Origin: Clostridia bacterium | GTDB taxonomy: Bacteria > Bacillota > Clostridia > Lachnospirales > JAOARL01 | Assembly (NCBI GenBank): GCA_025210555.1 | Contig: JAOARL010000020.1 | Span: forward strand, 72,883 to 136,882 | Direction: 5' to 3' | DNA: 64,000 nucleotides | In this document: one piece after another, positions 15,507-24,986 of the stretch | How the letters are laid out: every line of letters starts with the position of its first letter | How positions within the stretch are numbered: the first letter of the stretch is position 1 | Notes under the pieces: generated by a model | The model's database searches: none | Seen by the model: only the letters and a program-made list of their open reading frames with translations | What the model was told of the DNA's origin: nothing | Translations under genes and position numbers: made by a program

Positions 15507-17477
15507 ATGAAAAAGATAATAATTTGCTTACTGATGATTGTTATGGTGACAACTGTGAGCGCTAAAGAAATAGAAGTAATGATTTATGATAAAGAGATAA
15601 AAATTAATGACAATATAATAAATAATAAAAATAGTAAATATCCAGTGCTTAAATATAATAATAATATTTACTATCCTTTAAGATCTGATTTTTGTAAGAA
15701 TTTAGGAATAATATATGATAAAGAATATTTGAAAATAGACAATACTACCAACTTGCCAGAGGTTAGTAGTATCAATCAAAATTTAATATTTGAAAATGAT
15801 TTTTCGTATAAATATAATGCTGAGATAAAAGAGGAAAAAATAACTATAGATGGAAATGACTACTCTAATGCTGAGATGGAAAAACCGCTTATAGAGTTTG
15901 GAAAGCAGAAGTATATAGCCCTAGATGAAAGAGATGCAGCATTGCTTAATATGAATTACGAAGAAACAGATAAGGGTATAGTTATTAGTAAAAAAAGTAA
16001 TGATAATATATATAATGTTATTAGGGCGATAGAAAGTATAAATGATATTATAAAGGTAAATGCTAAAGAAAACGATAATATAGCAAGAAGTGTGAAAGAA
16101 TATAATAGAGTTAAAATAGATGCTGAAAACAAAAAAACTGAAGAAGAGAAACTGAAAAAAGAAGCAGAGGAGAAGGCAAGATTAGCAAAGTTGGAAGAAG
16201 ATAAGAGAAAAGCTGAAGAGGAAAGACTTAGAAAAGAAGCAGAAGAAAAGGAAAGGCTAGCAAAATTAGAAGAAGATAAGAGAAAAGCTGAAGAGGAAAG
16301 ACTTAGAAAAGAGGCTGAAGAAAAGGAAAGGCTAGCAAAATTAGAAGAAGATAAGAGGAAAGCTGCAGAGGAAAGACTTAGAAAAGAAACTGAAGAAAAA
16401 GAAAGACTAGCAAAGTTAGAGGCAGATAAGAGGAAAGCTGAAGAGGAAAGACTTAGAAAAGAAACTGAAGAAAAAGAAAGACTAGCAAAGTTAGAGGCAG
16501 ATAAGAGAAAAGCTGAAGAGGAAAGACTTAGAAAAGAGACTGAGGAAAAAGAAAGATTAGCAAAGTTAGAAGAAGATAAGAGGAAAGCTGAAGAGGAAAG
16601 ACTTAGGAAAGAGACTGAAGAAAAGGCAAGACTAGTAAAGTTAGAGGCAGAAAAAAGAAAAATTGAAGAAGAAAGACTTAGAAAAGAAGCAGAAGAAAAA
16701 GCAAGGATAGTTAAAGTTAAGGACAATGCAATAAAAAGTAGAGAAGCAACTAATAAAATTGCGGCAGCTATAGCACTTAATTTTGAAAATAGAATGAAAG
16801 AAGTAACAACGGGTAATAGTGATAAAATAAACGGAAATCAAAACAAAGATACTAGCATAAATTTATTTGATGACTTGGTATTTGGTAAGACAGATTATGT
16901 CATAGCAAATATAGATAAAGTTGATTTAAATAAAACTAACAATTTTGGAAAAACACTTTTAATTGTTGCTATTGAAAATGAAAAATATGAAGTGGCAAAG
17001 AAAATATTAGAACTTAAGTCAGATTTAAATGTTGCGGCTAATAACGGTAAAACAGCTCTTATGGCAGCGATAGAAAAAGGTCAATATAATATTGTTTCAT
17101 CAATAATAGCTAACGGAGCAGATATAGATATAAAAAATAATAGAGATAATTATGCGCTTAACATGGCAATTGAGTTTAGAGAATTTGAAATTGCTGAGTT
17201 GTTAGTAAATTCAGGAGCAAATTTAAATAATAAAATAAATAATGGAGAAACTATATTAATAAAGGCTGTTAAAGATGGAAATAGCGAACTTGTTAAGGCT
17301 ATAATAGAAAAAGATAAGAAAAGTATTAATGTGAAGGATGACAAGGGAAATACTCCACTTATACATGCTTCAATGAGAAGAAAGTCTGATGTTTATGAAA
17401 TTCTTGTAAGTGCAGGAGCAGACAGTAAAGCGAAAAATAATTTTGGTAAAGATGCAATGTTTTATTTAGAATATTAA
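15507..17477 (+). CDS. Secreted protein: Cu-amine-oxidase-N-like domain, charged 25-aa tandem repeats, C-terminal ankyrin repeats
   Basis: Signal peptide. About 8 copies of EEERLRKEAEEKERLAKLEEDKRKA. About 5 ANK repeats (G.T.L..A......V..L...GA..N). Confidence 0.8.
   Translation: MKKIIICLLMIVMVTTVSAKEIEVMIYDKEIKINDNIINNKNSKYPVLKYNNNIYYPLRSDFCKNLGIIYDKEYLKIDNTTNLPEVSSINQNLIFENDFSYKYNAEIKEEKITIDGNDYSNAEMEKPLIEFGKQKYIALDERDAALLNMNYEETDKGIVISKKSNDNIYNVIRAIESINDIIKVNAKENDNIARSVKEYNRVKIDAENKKTEEEKLKKEAEEKARLAKLEEDKRKAEEERLRKEAEEKERLAKLEEDKRKAEEERLRKEAEEKERLAKLEEDKRKAAEERLRKETEEKERLAKLEADKRKAEEERLRKETEEKERLAKLEADKRKAEEERLRKETEEKERLAKLEEDKRKAEEERLRKETEEKARLVKLEAEKRKIEEERLRKEAEEKARIVKVKDNAIKSREATNKIAAAIALNFENRMKEVTTGNSDKINGNQNKDTSINLFDDLVFGKTDYVIANIDKVDLNKTNNFGKTLLIVAIENEKYEVAKKILELKSDLNVAANNGKTALMAAIEKGQYNIVSSIIANGADIDIKNNRDNYALNMAIEFREFEIAELLVNSGANLNNKINNGETILIKAVKDGNSELVKAIIEKDKKSINVKDDKGNTPLIHASMRRKSDVYEILVSAGADSKAKNNFGKDAMFYLEY
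16140..16720 (+). repeat. 75-bp in-frame tandem repeat, about 7.7 copies
   Basis: Units start at 16140, 16215 and so on. Neighbouring units differ by only a few nucleotides. Encodes the 25-aa E/K/R-rich unit. Confidence 0.9.
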
Positions 17478-17490
17478 AGGAGAAGTTAAT

Positions 17491-17646
17491 ATGAAATTAG
17501 TAAAAGAAAATCTTTCAAGAATAGCTATAATAGGTATTTTATTATCAGGAACAACAGCAAATTCTAATAATCCCAATTCAATGCTTATATTAGCAGCATT
17601 TGTGTTTTTATATATAATATCGCCTAAAAACATAAAAAAGGGATAA
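17491..17646 (+). CDS. Possible small membrane protein (51 aa), not in the ORF track
   Basis: ATG 17491 after AAAGGAGAAG, right after the ankyrin gene stop. Two hydrophobic segments (IAIIGILLSG, MLILAAFVFLYII). Confidence 0.3.
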   Translation: MKLVKENLSRIAIIGILLSGTTANSNNPNSMLILAAFVFLYIISPKNIKKG

Positions 17647-17650
17647 ATAC

Positions 17651-17679
17651 TTGAAAAAAGACAGAAAATATAGTAATAT
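17651..17679 (+). promoter_or_regulatory. Sigma-A-type promoter for rpsF-ssb-rpsR
   Basis: TTGAAA (17651-17656), 17-nt spacer, TAATAT (17674-17679). Confidence 0.45.
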
Positions 17680-17756
17680 ATATAACTGTTAGGAATTTAA
17701 TTCCTATCCTTGCTCATATATAGTTATATGGGCCAAAGACCAGAAGGAGGTGCGTT
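17680..17756 (+). other. Structured rpsF 5' leader (candidate S6:S18 autoregulatory leader)
   Basis: Hairpins TAGGAAT/ATTCCTA (17690-17706) and CATATA/TATATG (17714-17729) lie between the promoter and the RBS. Identity with the known rpsF leader was not verified. Confidence 0.25.
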
Positions 17757-18044
17757 ATGAACAATTACGAATTAGCATTAGTTATCAACCCAACTATAAG
17801 CGAAGAAGAAGTAAAAGCTACAGTTGAGAAGGTAAAATCTTTAATAACTAGAGCTGGTGGAGAAATCACTAACGTAGACGAATGGGGAAAAAGAAAGTTA
17901 GCTTACGAAATTGAAAAGCTAAGAGAAGGTTTCTATTTCTTTATTACGTATACTGCAAACGTTGATGCTCCAGCAGAAATCGAACGTGATGTTAAAATCA
18001 TGGAAAAAGTTATGCGTTATATGACAGTTAAAGAAGAAAAATAA
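17757..18044 (+). CDS. rpsF: 30S ribosomal protein S6
   Basis: YE...V..P...EE......E.....I...GG.I...D.WG.R.LAY.I signature and rpsF-ssb-rpsR order. Confidence 0.95.
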   Translation: MNNYELALVINPTISEEEVKATVEKVKSLITRAGGEITNVDEWGKRKLAYEIEKLREGFYFFITYTANVDAPAEIERDVKIMEKVMRYMTVKEEK

Positions 18045-18064
18045 TTTCGAGGAGGTCCTATTAA

Positions 18065-18487
18065 ATGAATAAAGTTATATTAATGGGAAGATTAACAAAA
18101 GATCCAGAAGTTAGATATACTCAAAGTGACCAGCCATTGGCAGTTGCTAGATATACTCTTGCTGTTAACAGAAGGTTTTCACGTAATAGTGAGCAAACTG
18201 CAGATTTCATAAATGTAGTAGCATTTGGAAAATCTGGAGAATTTGCAGAAAAGTATTATAGAAAAGGACAATTAGTTAGTATTGTTGGAAGACTTCAAGT
18301 TAGAAGTTGGGAAAATCAAGAAGGTGTTAGACAATGGTCTACAGAAGTTGTTGTTGAAGAACAACACTTTGCTGAAAGTAAAGGAGCAAGTTCTTCTAAT
18401 CAATCAGCAGCACCAGCGACTGGTAATACAGATGAAGGATTTTACCCAATAAATGAAAGCATGGATGACGACGATTTACCATTCTAA
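18065..18487 (+). CDS. ssb: Single-stranded DNA-binding protein
   Basis: MNKVILMGRLTKDPE.RYT OB-fold N-terminus and acidic C-terminal tail DDDLPF. Confidence 0.95.
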   Translation: MNKVILMGRLTKDPEVRYTQSDQPLAVARYTLAVNRRFSRNSEQTADFINVVAFGKSGEFAEKYYRKGQLVSIVGRLQVRSWENQEGVRQWSTEVVVEEQHFAESKGASSSNQSAAPATGNTDEGFYPINESMDDDDLPF

Positions 18488-18508
18488 TTGTTGGAAGGAG
18501 AGATAGCT

Positions 18509-18727
18509 ATGTTCAAAAGAAGAAGAAGAGCTAAGTATTGTGTATTTTGTGCTAACGATTCAACTTTAGATTACAAAGATGAAGCAGCAGTAAAAAAATA
18601 CATTAGCGATAGAGGTAAAATTTTACCAAGAAGAGCTACTGGAAACTGTGCTAAGCACCAAAGAATGGTTGCAGGAACAGTTAAAAGAGCTAGACAAATA
18701 GCTTTAGTGCCATTTGTTGCTGAATAA
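18509..18727 (+). CDS. rpsR: 30S ribosomal protein S18
   Basis: [11 protein letters not shown]....LDYKD...[21 protein letters not shown]. Start at ATG 18509 after GGAAGGAGAG. Confidence 0.95.
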   Translation: MFKRRRRAKYCVFCANDSTLDYKDEAAVKKYISDRGKILPRRATGNCAKHQRMVAGTVKRARQIALVPFVAE

Positions 18728-18735
18728 TAAATATA

Positions 18736-18769
18736 AGCATGAATTGAATTTCAATTCGTGCTTTTTTTA
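18736..18769 (+). terminator. Rho-independent terminator after rpsR
   Basis: 12-bp stem AGCATGAATTGA / TCAATTCGTGCT (one G-U pair), 3-nt loop, T7 run. Confidence 0.85.
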
Positions 18770-18811
18770 TTGGTGTATAAATGATATAATTTTAAGGGAA
18801 AGAGAGGCATT

Positions 18812-19702
18812 ATGAGAATAATTATTTTAAGTGTTTTAATACTTATATCCTATATGGGAAAAGAGTTAAATGGACTAGATGTGATATCAAATTTATTAGG
18901 AATAGTAAGTATTCAAATTCTAGTAAATATATTATTAGATAAAACAGAAAATAAAAAAGTTTATTTGATTTTATCTGTAGGTGCAGTGATTTTAGGTATG
19001 TATTTAGCTGGAAACAAAAGTTATATAATATATAGCATGCTAGCTATGACCTTTATACCAGTTATAATAATGAATATAATGTTACATAAAAATAGTATAA
19101 TAGATAAAATTAAATATGCAGGATTGTTTCAATTTTTGATATTTATAGTTGTAGGATTATTACTAAAATATTTAGATGGAGTAGATTTGATTATAGAATA
19201 TAATAATATAGTTGCAGAGAGTTTTAATATGGAATTTTTTGCAAGTATTGATGAGGGTATTGAAAAATATGAGCTTATTGATAGAATAAGAAATGTTGCT
19301 ATAATATATATTCCGGCAATATTATTAATATACTCATATATAATAGCAATGTTATCGGTTATTATCGAATCTATGATTAGAAAGCATAAAGTGTATGTAG
19401 AAGTATTGAAATTCAATGTAAGCAAGAAATATATATATGCATTTTTTATTGGTAGCTTGCTAATAAGAATGTTTAGCAATAATGAAAGTGTTGCTTATGA
19501 ACTTTTATTAAATGCACAGTTAATAGTTAGTTCATTAATATATGTTCAAGGTGTTATAACAGCAGTATATTACATTTTTAAAAATACAAAAAGCAAGTTG
19601 ATTGCTGGATTTATATTAGCCTTATCAATGATATTACAAGAGATATTTTTGTTGCTAGGTTTTGTTGATATAGCGTTTGGGATAAGAAAAAAGATAAAGT
19701 AG
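18812..19702 (+). CDS. yybS: YybS-like polytopic membrane protein (DUF2232)
   Basis: Highly hydrophobic protein located immediately upstream of gdpP-rplI-dnaB, the same position as B. subtilis yybS. Confidence 0.65.
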   Translation: MRIIILSVLILISYMGKELNGLDVISNLLGIVSIQILVNILLDKTENKKVYLILSVGAVILGMYLAGNKSYIIYSMLAMTFIPVIIMNIMLHKNSIIDKIKYAGLFQFLIFIVVGLLLKYLDGVDLIIEYNNIVAESFNMEFFASIDEGIEKYELIDRIRNVAIIYIPAILLIYSYIIAMLSVIIESMIRKHKVYVEVLKFNVSKKYIYAFFIGSLLIRMFSNNESVAYELLLNAQLIVSSLIYVQGVITAVYYIFKNTKSKLIAGFILALSMILQEIFLLLGFVDIAFGIRKKIK

Positions 19703-19710
19703 GAGGCATT

Positions 19711-21726
19711 ATGATAAGTTTAGAGGCAACTAAAGGAAAGTTTGAAGGTTGGTTTAAATATCAATATTTAAATTTAATCATTTTAGTATTTGCAATATTA
19801 GCTTTTTATAACAAGGATTGGGAAATGGTAAGACTTGATATAACAATGTTAATAGTTGTTCTTTTGGCAACTATGGTATGGTCAGCAGTAATGAAAAGAA
19901 GTAGAGATATGCATCTAAAAAATATTGAAGATGGTATGGCTTTAATACAAAGAGATGTATTTCAAAATAGTCCATGGCCTTATGTTGTTTTAGATTTAAG
20001 TGGTGATGTTAAATGGCATAATCCTAAGTTTGAAGAGCTTATAGGAAGTAAAGATGCAATTATGAATGAAAATATAAATAGGCTGATTACAGAGCTACAT
20101 GTAGATCAATTTAAGAAAGACGTAGAAACGTTTGATAAGGAAATTGTATTTGATGGAAGAACATACAGAGTTTATGTTCATTTGATAGAAGTTCCAGAAC
20201 AAAAAAATGAAGTTGGGGATTATGTATATTCAGTAGCATTTTTTGATAAAACAGATTATGAAGAATTGATGGAGAAATATACAAATGAAAAAATAACAAC
20301 AATGCTCATATCGGTTGATAATTATGAAGGTATAATTATGGAAATGGAAGAAATTAAAACATCAATATTATTTGCACTAATAGATAAGAGTTTAAATGAA
20401 TTTGCAGAGAGTATAGATGCAATATTAAAGAAGTATGAAAAAGATAAATATATACTTCTATTTACAAATGATAAAATCAAAATGCTTGAACAAAATAAAT
20501 TTGAGATAATAGATAAAATTAGAAAAATAGATGTAGGAAATGAAGTTCCAATAACACTTAGTGTTGGTGTTGGTGGAATTGTAACAAGTCTCACTCAAAA
20601 TTTTGATTATGCAAAAGAAGCTATTGATTTAGCTGTTGGTAGAGGTGGAGATCAAGTAATCATAAAGTATGAAGATAAATATACATTTTTTGGTGGAAAA
20701 GAAAAGCCAGAAGTTGATAAAAAAACTAAAGTTAAATCAAGAGTTAAAGCTTTAGAGTTAAAATCGATGATAGAAGAGGCAGACAATGTTTTAGTAATGG
20801 GACATAAGAGACCCGATCTTGATTGTTTAGGAGCTGGAGTAGGGGTTTATAGAATTGCTAAGCATTTAGGTAAGGAAGCTCATATAATACTAAATGATGT
20901 AAATACATCTATACACCATTTGTATTCTAAGCTTAAATTATCTGGTGAGTTTCAAGAAGATATGTTTGTTGATGGTAATTTTGCACTTGATGTAGTTAAT
21001 AAGAAAACATTGCTTGTAATAGTTGATGTTAATGCACCTACATATACAGAATTTCCAGATATAATAGAAAAAGTAGATGACATAGTTGTTTTTGATCATC
21101 ATAGAAAAACGACAGATTATGTAAAAAAAGCAAAGATGAGCTATGTAGAAACATATGCTTCATCGGCTTCAGAAATGATAACAGAAATGATACAATATAT
21201 TGATGGAATTGAACTTAATGCATTAGAAGCAGAATCCCTACTTGCAGGGATAACAGTAGATACACAAAACTTTATATTTAGAGTTGGTGTAAGGACATTT
21301 GAAGCGGCTGCATTTTTAAGAAGAAATGGAGCAAAAGGATCTAATGTATCAATGCTTTTCCAAAATAATATTGATTCATTCATGGCAAAAAATGAAACTC
21401 TTAGTAACACAGAAATATTTAATGATAACGTAGCAATAGCTATAGGAACGAGTAAGGCTGAAAACCCATCTTTAGTGGCGGCTCAATCAGCAAATGACTT
21501 ATTAACTATTTCAGGAGTTAAAGCTTCGTTTGTACTCACAGAAATAAAAGATGATGTGGTAATAAGTGCAAGAAGTTTTGGAGATATAAATGTTCAAAGA
21601 ATTATGGAAAAATTAGGTGGTGGAGGACACTTCACTGCAGCTGGAGGACAGCTTAAGAATGAAATAGTAGAAAATGCAGTAGTTCAGGTTAAAAATGTAA
21701 TAACAGAGTATTTTAGGGAGGTATAA
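19711..21726 (+). CDS. gdpP: Cyclic-di-AMP phosphodiesterase GdpP
   Basis: Two N-terminal TM helices, a PAS-like segment, a degenerate GGDEF region, and DHH/DHHA1 motifs (VFDHHRK, GGGGH). Confidence 0.9.
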   Translation: MISLEATKGKFEGWFKYQYLNLIILVFAILAFYNKDWEMVRLDITMLIVVLLATMVWSAVMKRSRDMHLKNIEDGMALIQRDVFQNSPWPYVVLDLSGDVKWHNPKFEELIGSKDAIMNENINRLITELHVDQFKKDVETFDKEIVFDGRTYRVYVHLIEVPEQKNEVGDYVYSVAFFDKTDYEELMEKYTNEKITTMLISVDNYEGIIMEMEEIKTSILFALIDKSLNEFAESIDAILKKYEKDKYILLFTNDKIKMLEQNKFEIIDKIRKIDVGNEVPITLSVGVGGIVTSLTQNFDYAKEAIDLAVGRGGDQVIIKYEDKYTFFGGKEKPEVDKKTKVKSRVKALELKSMIEEADNVLVMGHKRPDLDCLGAGVGVYRIAKHLGKEAHIILNDVNTSIHHLYSKLKLSGEFQEDMFVDGNFALDVVNKKTLLVIVDVNAPTYTEFPDIIEKVDDIVVFDHHRKTTDYVKKAKMSYVETYASSASEMITEMIQYIDGIELNALEAESLLAGITVDTQNFIFRVGVRTFEAAAFLRRNGAKGSNVSMLFQNNIDSFMAKNETLSNTEIFNDNVAIAIGTSKAENPSLVAAQSANDLLTISGVKASFVLTEIKDDVVISARSFGDINVQRIMEKLGGGGHFTAAGGQLKNEIVENAVVQVKNVITEYFREV

Positions 21727-21727
21727 T

Positions 21728-22177
21728 ATGAAGGTTATATTATTAAGTGATGTTAAAAAATTAGGTAAAAAAGGTGATGTTTTAAATGTAGCGGAAGGAT
21801 ATGCTAAAAATATGCTTTTTAAAAAAGGATTGGCAGTTGAAGCTAATGCTCAAAATATGAATAATTTAAAAGTGCAAAAAGCTGCACATGATCATAAAAT
21901 GGAAGAGGAACTTAAGCAATCAAGAGAAATTAGCAAAGTTATAGAAGAAAATCATATAGTTATACTTGTAAAATCAGGAGATGAAGGTAAAATATATGGA
22001 TCTGTTACAAATAAAGAAATTTCTTCTGAGATAAAAGAACAATTGAAATTAGAAATTGATAAAAAGAAAATAGTTTTAAAAGAACCAATTAAAACATTAG
22101 GAGTACATAAAGTAAAGATAAAGCTACATACAAAAGTAATAGCTGAATTAGATGTTAATGTAAAAGAATTGGGATAG
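21728..22177 (+). CDS. rplI: 50S ribosomal protein L9
   Basis: [25 protein letters not shown]-terminus. Confidence 0.95.
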   Translation: MKVILLSDVKKLGKKGDVLNVAEGYAKNMLFKKGLAVEANAQNMNNLKVQKAAHDHKMEEELKQSREISKVIEENHIVILVKSGDEGKIYGSVTNKEISSEIKEQLKLEIDKKKIVLKEPIKTLGVHKVKIKLHTKVIAELDVNVKELG

Positions 22178-22187
22178 GAGGAGAACT

Positions 22188-23519
22188 ATGGATAAACAAA
22201 TTTTAGGTAAAGTTCCACCACATAGCATAGAAGCGGAGCAATCTGTAATAGGTTCTATGATGATAGATCCAGATGCTATTTTGGTTGCTGTTGAAACACT
22301 TAATGAGGAAGATTTTTATAAGCCAAGCCATAGAGAACTTTTTAAAGCGATGAAAGAGCTTTATATGAAAAACGAACCAGTAGATTTAGTAACTATAAAA
22401 AACAAAATAGAAGAAAAAGGTGTTTTAAATGAAATAGGTGGAATTAATTATTTGTCTGAAATGATAGATATAGTTCCTACATCAGCAAGAATTAAAACAT
22501 ATGTAGCTATTGTAGAAGAAAAATCTGTGCTTAGAAAGTTGATTAGGGCAGGAAGAGATATATCAGCAGCCAGTTATGAAGGTGAAGAAGGCGTAGATAG
22601 CATACTTGATATGGCTGAAAAAAGCATATTCAACATAATGGAAAATAAGAGCTCTGAAGACTTTGCTGAGATGAGAGATGTTCTTATGGAAGCATTTGAG
22701 CAAATAGAAAATATATATACTAATGATCAAGATGTAACAGGAGTTTCAACAGGATTTTCAGAACTTGATCATAGAACCTCAGGAATGCAGCCATCAGATT
22801 TAGTGTTAGTTGCTGCAAGACCTTCAATGGGGAAAACAGCATTAGCAATAAATATGGCCCAATATGCATCTACTAGAAAAAATGTTCCAGTAGCAATATT
22901 CTCACTTGAGATGTCAAAGACACAACTTATTAATCGTATGCTTTGTACAGAAGCTATGGTTGATGCTCAAAAAGTAAGAACAGGTAACTTGAGTCAAGAT
23001 GACTGGGTTAAAATAACAAGAGCTATGGGACCTTTATCAGAGGCACCTGTATATATAGATGATACACCAGGAATATCTATAATGGAAATGAGAGCCAAGT
23101 GTAGAAGGCTAAAGATGGAAAAAGGTCTTGGTATGATAGTTATAGATTATTTACAACTAATGTCGGGTAGTGGAAAAACAGAATCAAGACAACAGGAAAT
23201 ATCTGATATATCTAGAAATTTAAAAGCATTAGCTAGAGAACTTAGTGTTCCTGTAATAGCTTTATCTCAGCTCTCACGTGCTTGTGAAAGTAGAGCAGAT
23301 AGAAGACCTATGCTTTCAGATCTAAGAGAATCAGGAGCAATAGAGCAGGATGCAGATGTAGTAATGTTTTTATATAGAGATGAATATTATAATCCAGATA
23401 CAACTGAATTTAAAAATCAAGCTGAAGTAATAATAGCAAAGCAGAGAAATGGACCTACGGGAACTGTGCATTTAGCATGGTTAGGCCAATACACAAAATT
23501 TGCTAATTTACAGCAATAA
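22188..23519 (+). CDS. dnaB: Replicative DNA helicase (DnaB family; DnaC in B. subtilis nomenclature)
   Basis: PPHSIEAEQSVIGSM, Walker A ARPSMGKTA, IDYLQLM, RELSVPVIALSQLSR, AKQRNGPTG. Confidence 0.95.
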   Translation: MDKQILGKVPPHSIEAEQSVIGSMMIDPDAILVAVETLNEEDFYKPSHRELFKAMKELYMKNEPVDLVTIKNKIEEKGVLNEIGGINYLSEMIDIVPTSARIKTYVAIVEEKSVLRKLIRAGRDISAASYEGEEGVDSILDMAEKSIFNIMENKSSEDFAEMRDVLMEAFEQIENIYTNDQDVTGVSTGFSELDHRTSGMQPSDLVLVAARPSMGKTALAINMAQYASTRKNVPVAIFSLEMSKTQLINRMLCTEAMVDAQKVRTGNLSQDDWVKITRAMGPLSEAPVYIDDTPGISIMEMRAKCRRLKMEKGLGMIVIDYLQLMSGSGKTESRQQEISDISRNLKALARELSVPVIALSQLSRACESRADRRPMLSDLRESGAIEQDADVVMFLYRDEYYNPDTTEFKNQAEVIIAKQRNGPTGTVHLAWLGQYTKFANLQQ

Positions 23520-23545
23520 AAAAAGACTTTAAGGTCTTTTTTTGT
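23517..23545. terminator. Bidirectional terminator between dnaB and the ferredoxin gene
   Basis: A-run, AGACT/GGTCT core stem, T-run. Symmetric A/T flanks allow function on both strands. Confidence 0.6.
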
Positions 23546-23549
23546 TGCT

Positions 23550-23726
23550 CTATTCTGGTTTTGGAGCGTCAACAGGACAAACGTTTGCACAAGCGCCACA
23601 ATCGATACAAGTATCTTCATCGATAACATATTGTCCTTTTGAATCATCAAATGTTATAGCATCAACTGGACACTCAGGCTCACAAGCACCGCAAGCTATA
23701 CATTCTTCACTAATTTGATATGCCAT
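23550..23726 (-). CDS. fdx: 2x[4Fe-4S] ferredoxin (clostridial type)
   Basis: CIACGACEPECP and CIDCGACANVCP motifs. Start at the ATG behind AGGAGGTG; the track ORF is 5'-extended. Confidence 0.9.
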   Translation of the reverse strand: MAYQISEECIACGACEPECPVDAITFDDSKGQYVIDEDTCIDCGACANVCPVDAPKPE

Positions 23727-23860
23727 TGTTACACCTCCTAAATTCTTAAGTATAATATATAACATTTTGACTAAATTATCAATGATGAAGGTGAGTTTTT
23801 AGAAACAATTAAGATGTGTTAAAATATAAGGGAAGTAAAATATTTTATATGGAGGTAACT

Positions 23861-24319
23861 ATGGTGGAAAATGTTAGTGGTATATCTTATGAAGAAATGA
23901 GAAATATTTTATTAAAAGAAGTAGGGATAGATATTAGCGAAAAAGCTTATAAAAGTATTGTAGCAAGTTTGAAAGAGGAAGGTAACTATAAAGAGCAGTC
24001 CTTAGATATGCTTGAAAGGGATTTAGAGTTTTTTTGTGCATTAACAGGAGAAATGAAAGAAAATATGCTGTATAGCAATGCTTATGAGTTATTTAGAGGA
24101 TTAGATCGTATTGTAGGAGAAGAATTATTTATAACAACAGGTAAACCAGAAAAACCAATGGACAGAGTAGATATATTAGATGAAGTAGAAGAGTATATGG
24201 AAGAGCATGGGATGGAAGAAAATATGTTTAAAAAGGCAGAAGCAGTAGTTAAAACAACTAAGTTAGAAGATGATTTGATTAATAAAATAGAAGTATATGT
24301 AGACCAATTAAAAAGATAG
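23861..24319 (+). CDS. Hypothetical acidic protein
   Basis: ATG 23861 five nt after GGAGGT. No recognisable motif. Confidence 0.5.
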   Translation: MVENVSGISYEEMRNILLKEVGIDISEKAYKSIVASLKEEGNYKEQSLDMLERDLEFFCALTGEMKENMLYSNAYELFRGLDRIVGEELFITTGKPEKPMDRVDILDEVEEYMEEHGMEENMFKKAEAVVKTTKLEDDLINKIEVYVDQLKR

Positions 24320-24418
24320 AGAGGGCTCTTTTAAAGAGCTTTCTTTAATGTTATAATATTTTTAATAAACAGCCCTAGCTTTTTTAAAGTTAGGGCATAA
24401 AGTCATGGAGGTGTAAAT

Positions 24419-24976
24419 GTGAAAATAGTAATTGGATTAGGAAATCCAGGCGCTAAATTTGATGAAACAAGACATAATGTCGGGTTTGACATAATAGATG
24501 CTTTTGTTGATGAAAAAGGTCTTAAAATAGATAAAAATAAGTTTAAAGGGATTTATACTAAGTTTAAACTAAATGGAGAAGATGTGGTTGTTCTTAAACC
24601 AGAGACATATATGAATTTAAGTGGAGAATCAGTTATAGAGGTGATGAATTTCTTTAAAGTAACTAATGAAGATATTATTGTTATCTATGATGATATAAGT
24701 TTAGATGTAGGGAAAATAAGAATAAAGAAAAAAGGTAGTGCTGGAGGACATAATGGTATAAAAAATATTATTAAGATGATAGGTACAGAAGAATTTGATA
24801 GATTAAGATTTGGTGTTGGAAATAAACCAGATTACATGGACCTTGCAGACTATGTTTTAGGTAGGTTTAATAAAGAAGATAAAGTTATAGTAGATAGAGA
24901 AATAAAAACTGCTGTCGAAGCCTTAAATGTATATTTAAGCGCTGGAATAGATGAAGCTATGAATAATTATAATTAA
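24419..24976 (+). CDS. pth: Peptidyl-tRNA hydrolase
   Basis: GLGNPG..(F/Y)..TRHN.GF ... YMN.SG ... DD..L..G..R....GS.GGHNG. Confidence 0.95.
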   Translation: MKIVIGLGNPGAKFDETRHNVGFDIIDAFVDEKGLKIDKNKFKGIYTKFKLNGEDVVVLKPETYMNLSGESVIEVMNFFKVTNEDIIVIYDDISLDVGKIRIKKKGSAGGHNGIKNIIKMIGTEEFDRLRFGVGNKPDYMDLADYVLGRFNKEDKVIVDREIKTAVEALNVYLSAGIDEAMNNYN

Positions 24977-24986
24977 GGGAGAGGCT

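Noticed and set aside
16140-16720. Tandem repeats (also at 49846-49953) as a possible CRISPR array or minisatellite
   Set aside because: The units are contiguous with no spacers, are in frame, and lie inside long ORFs with sensible protein repeats. No cas genes are present.
15956-16726. 256-aa ORF on the - strand opposite the ankyrin/tandem-repeat gene
   Set aside because: It is a Ser/Leu/Phe-rich mirror image of the GAA/AAG-rich sense repeat. It has no RBS, and the sense strand has clear signal peptide, repeat and ANK logic.
23417-23650. 77-aa - strand ORF bridging the dnaB 3' end, the bidirectional terminator and the ferredoxin gene
   Set aside because: It is out of frame with the ferredoxin gene it partly overlaps, crosses a terminator, and has no RBS.
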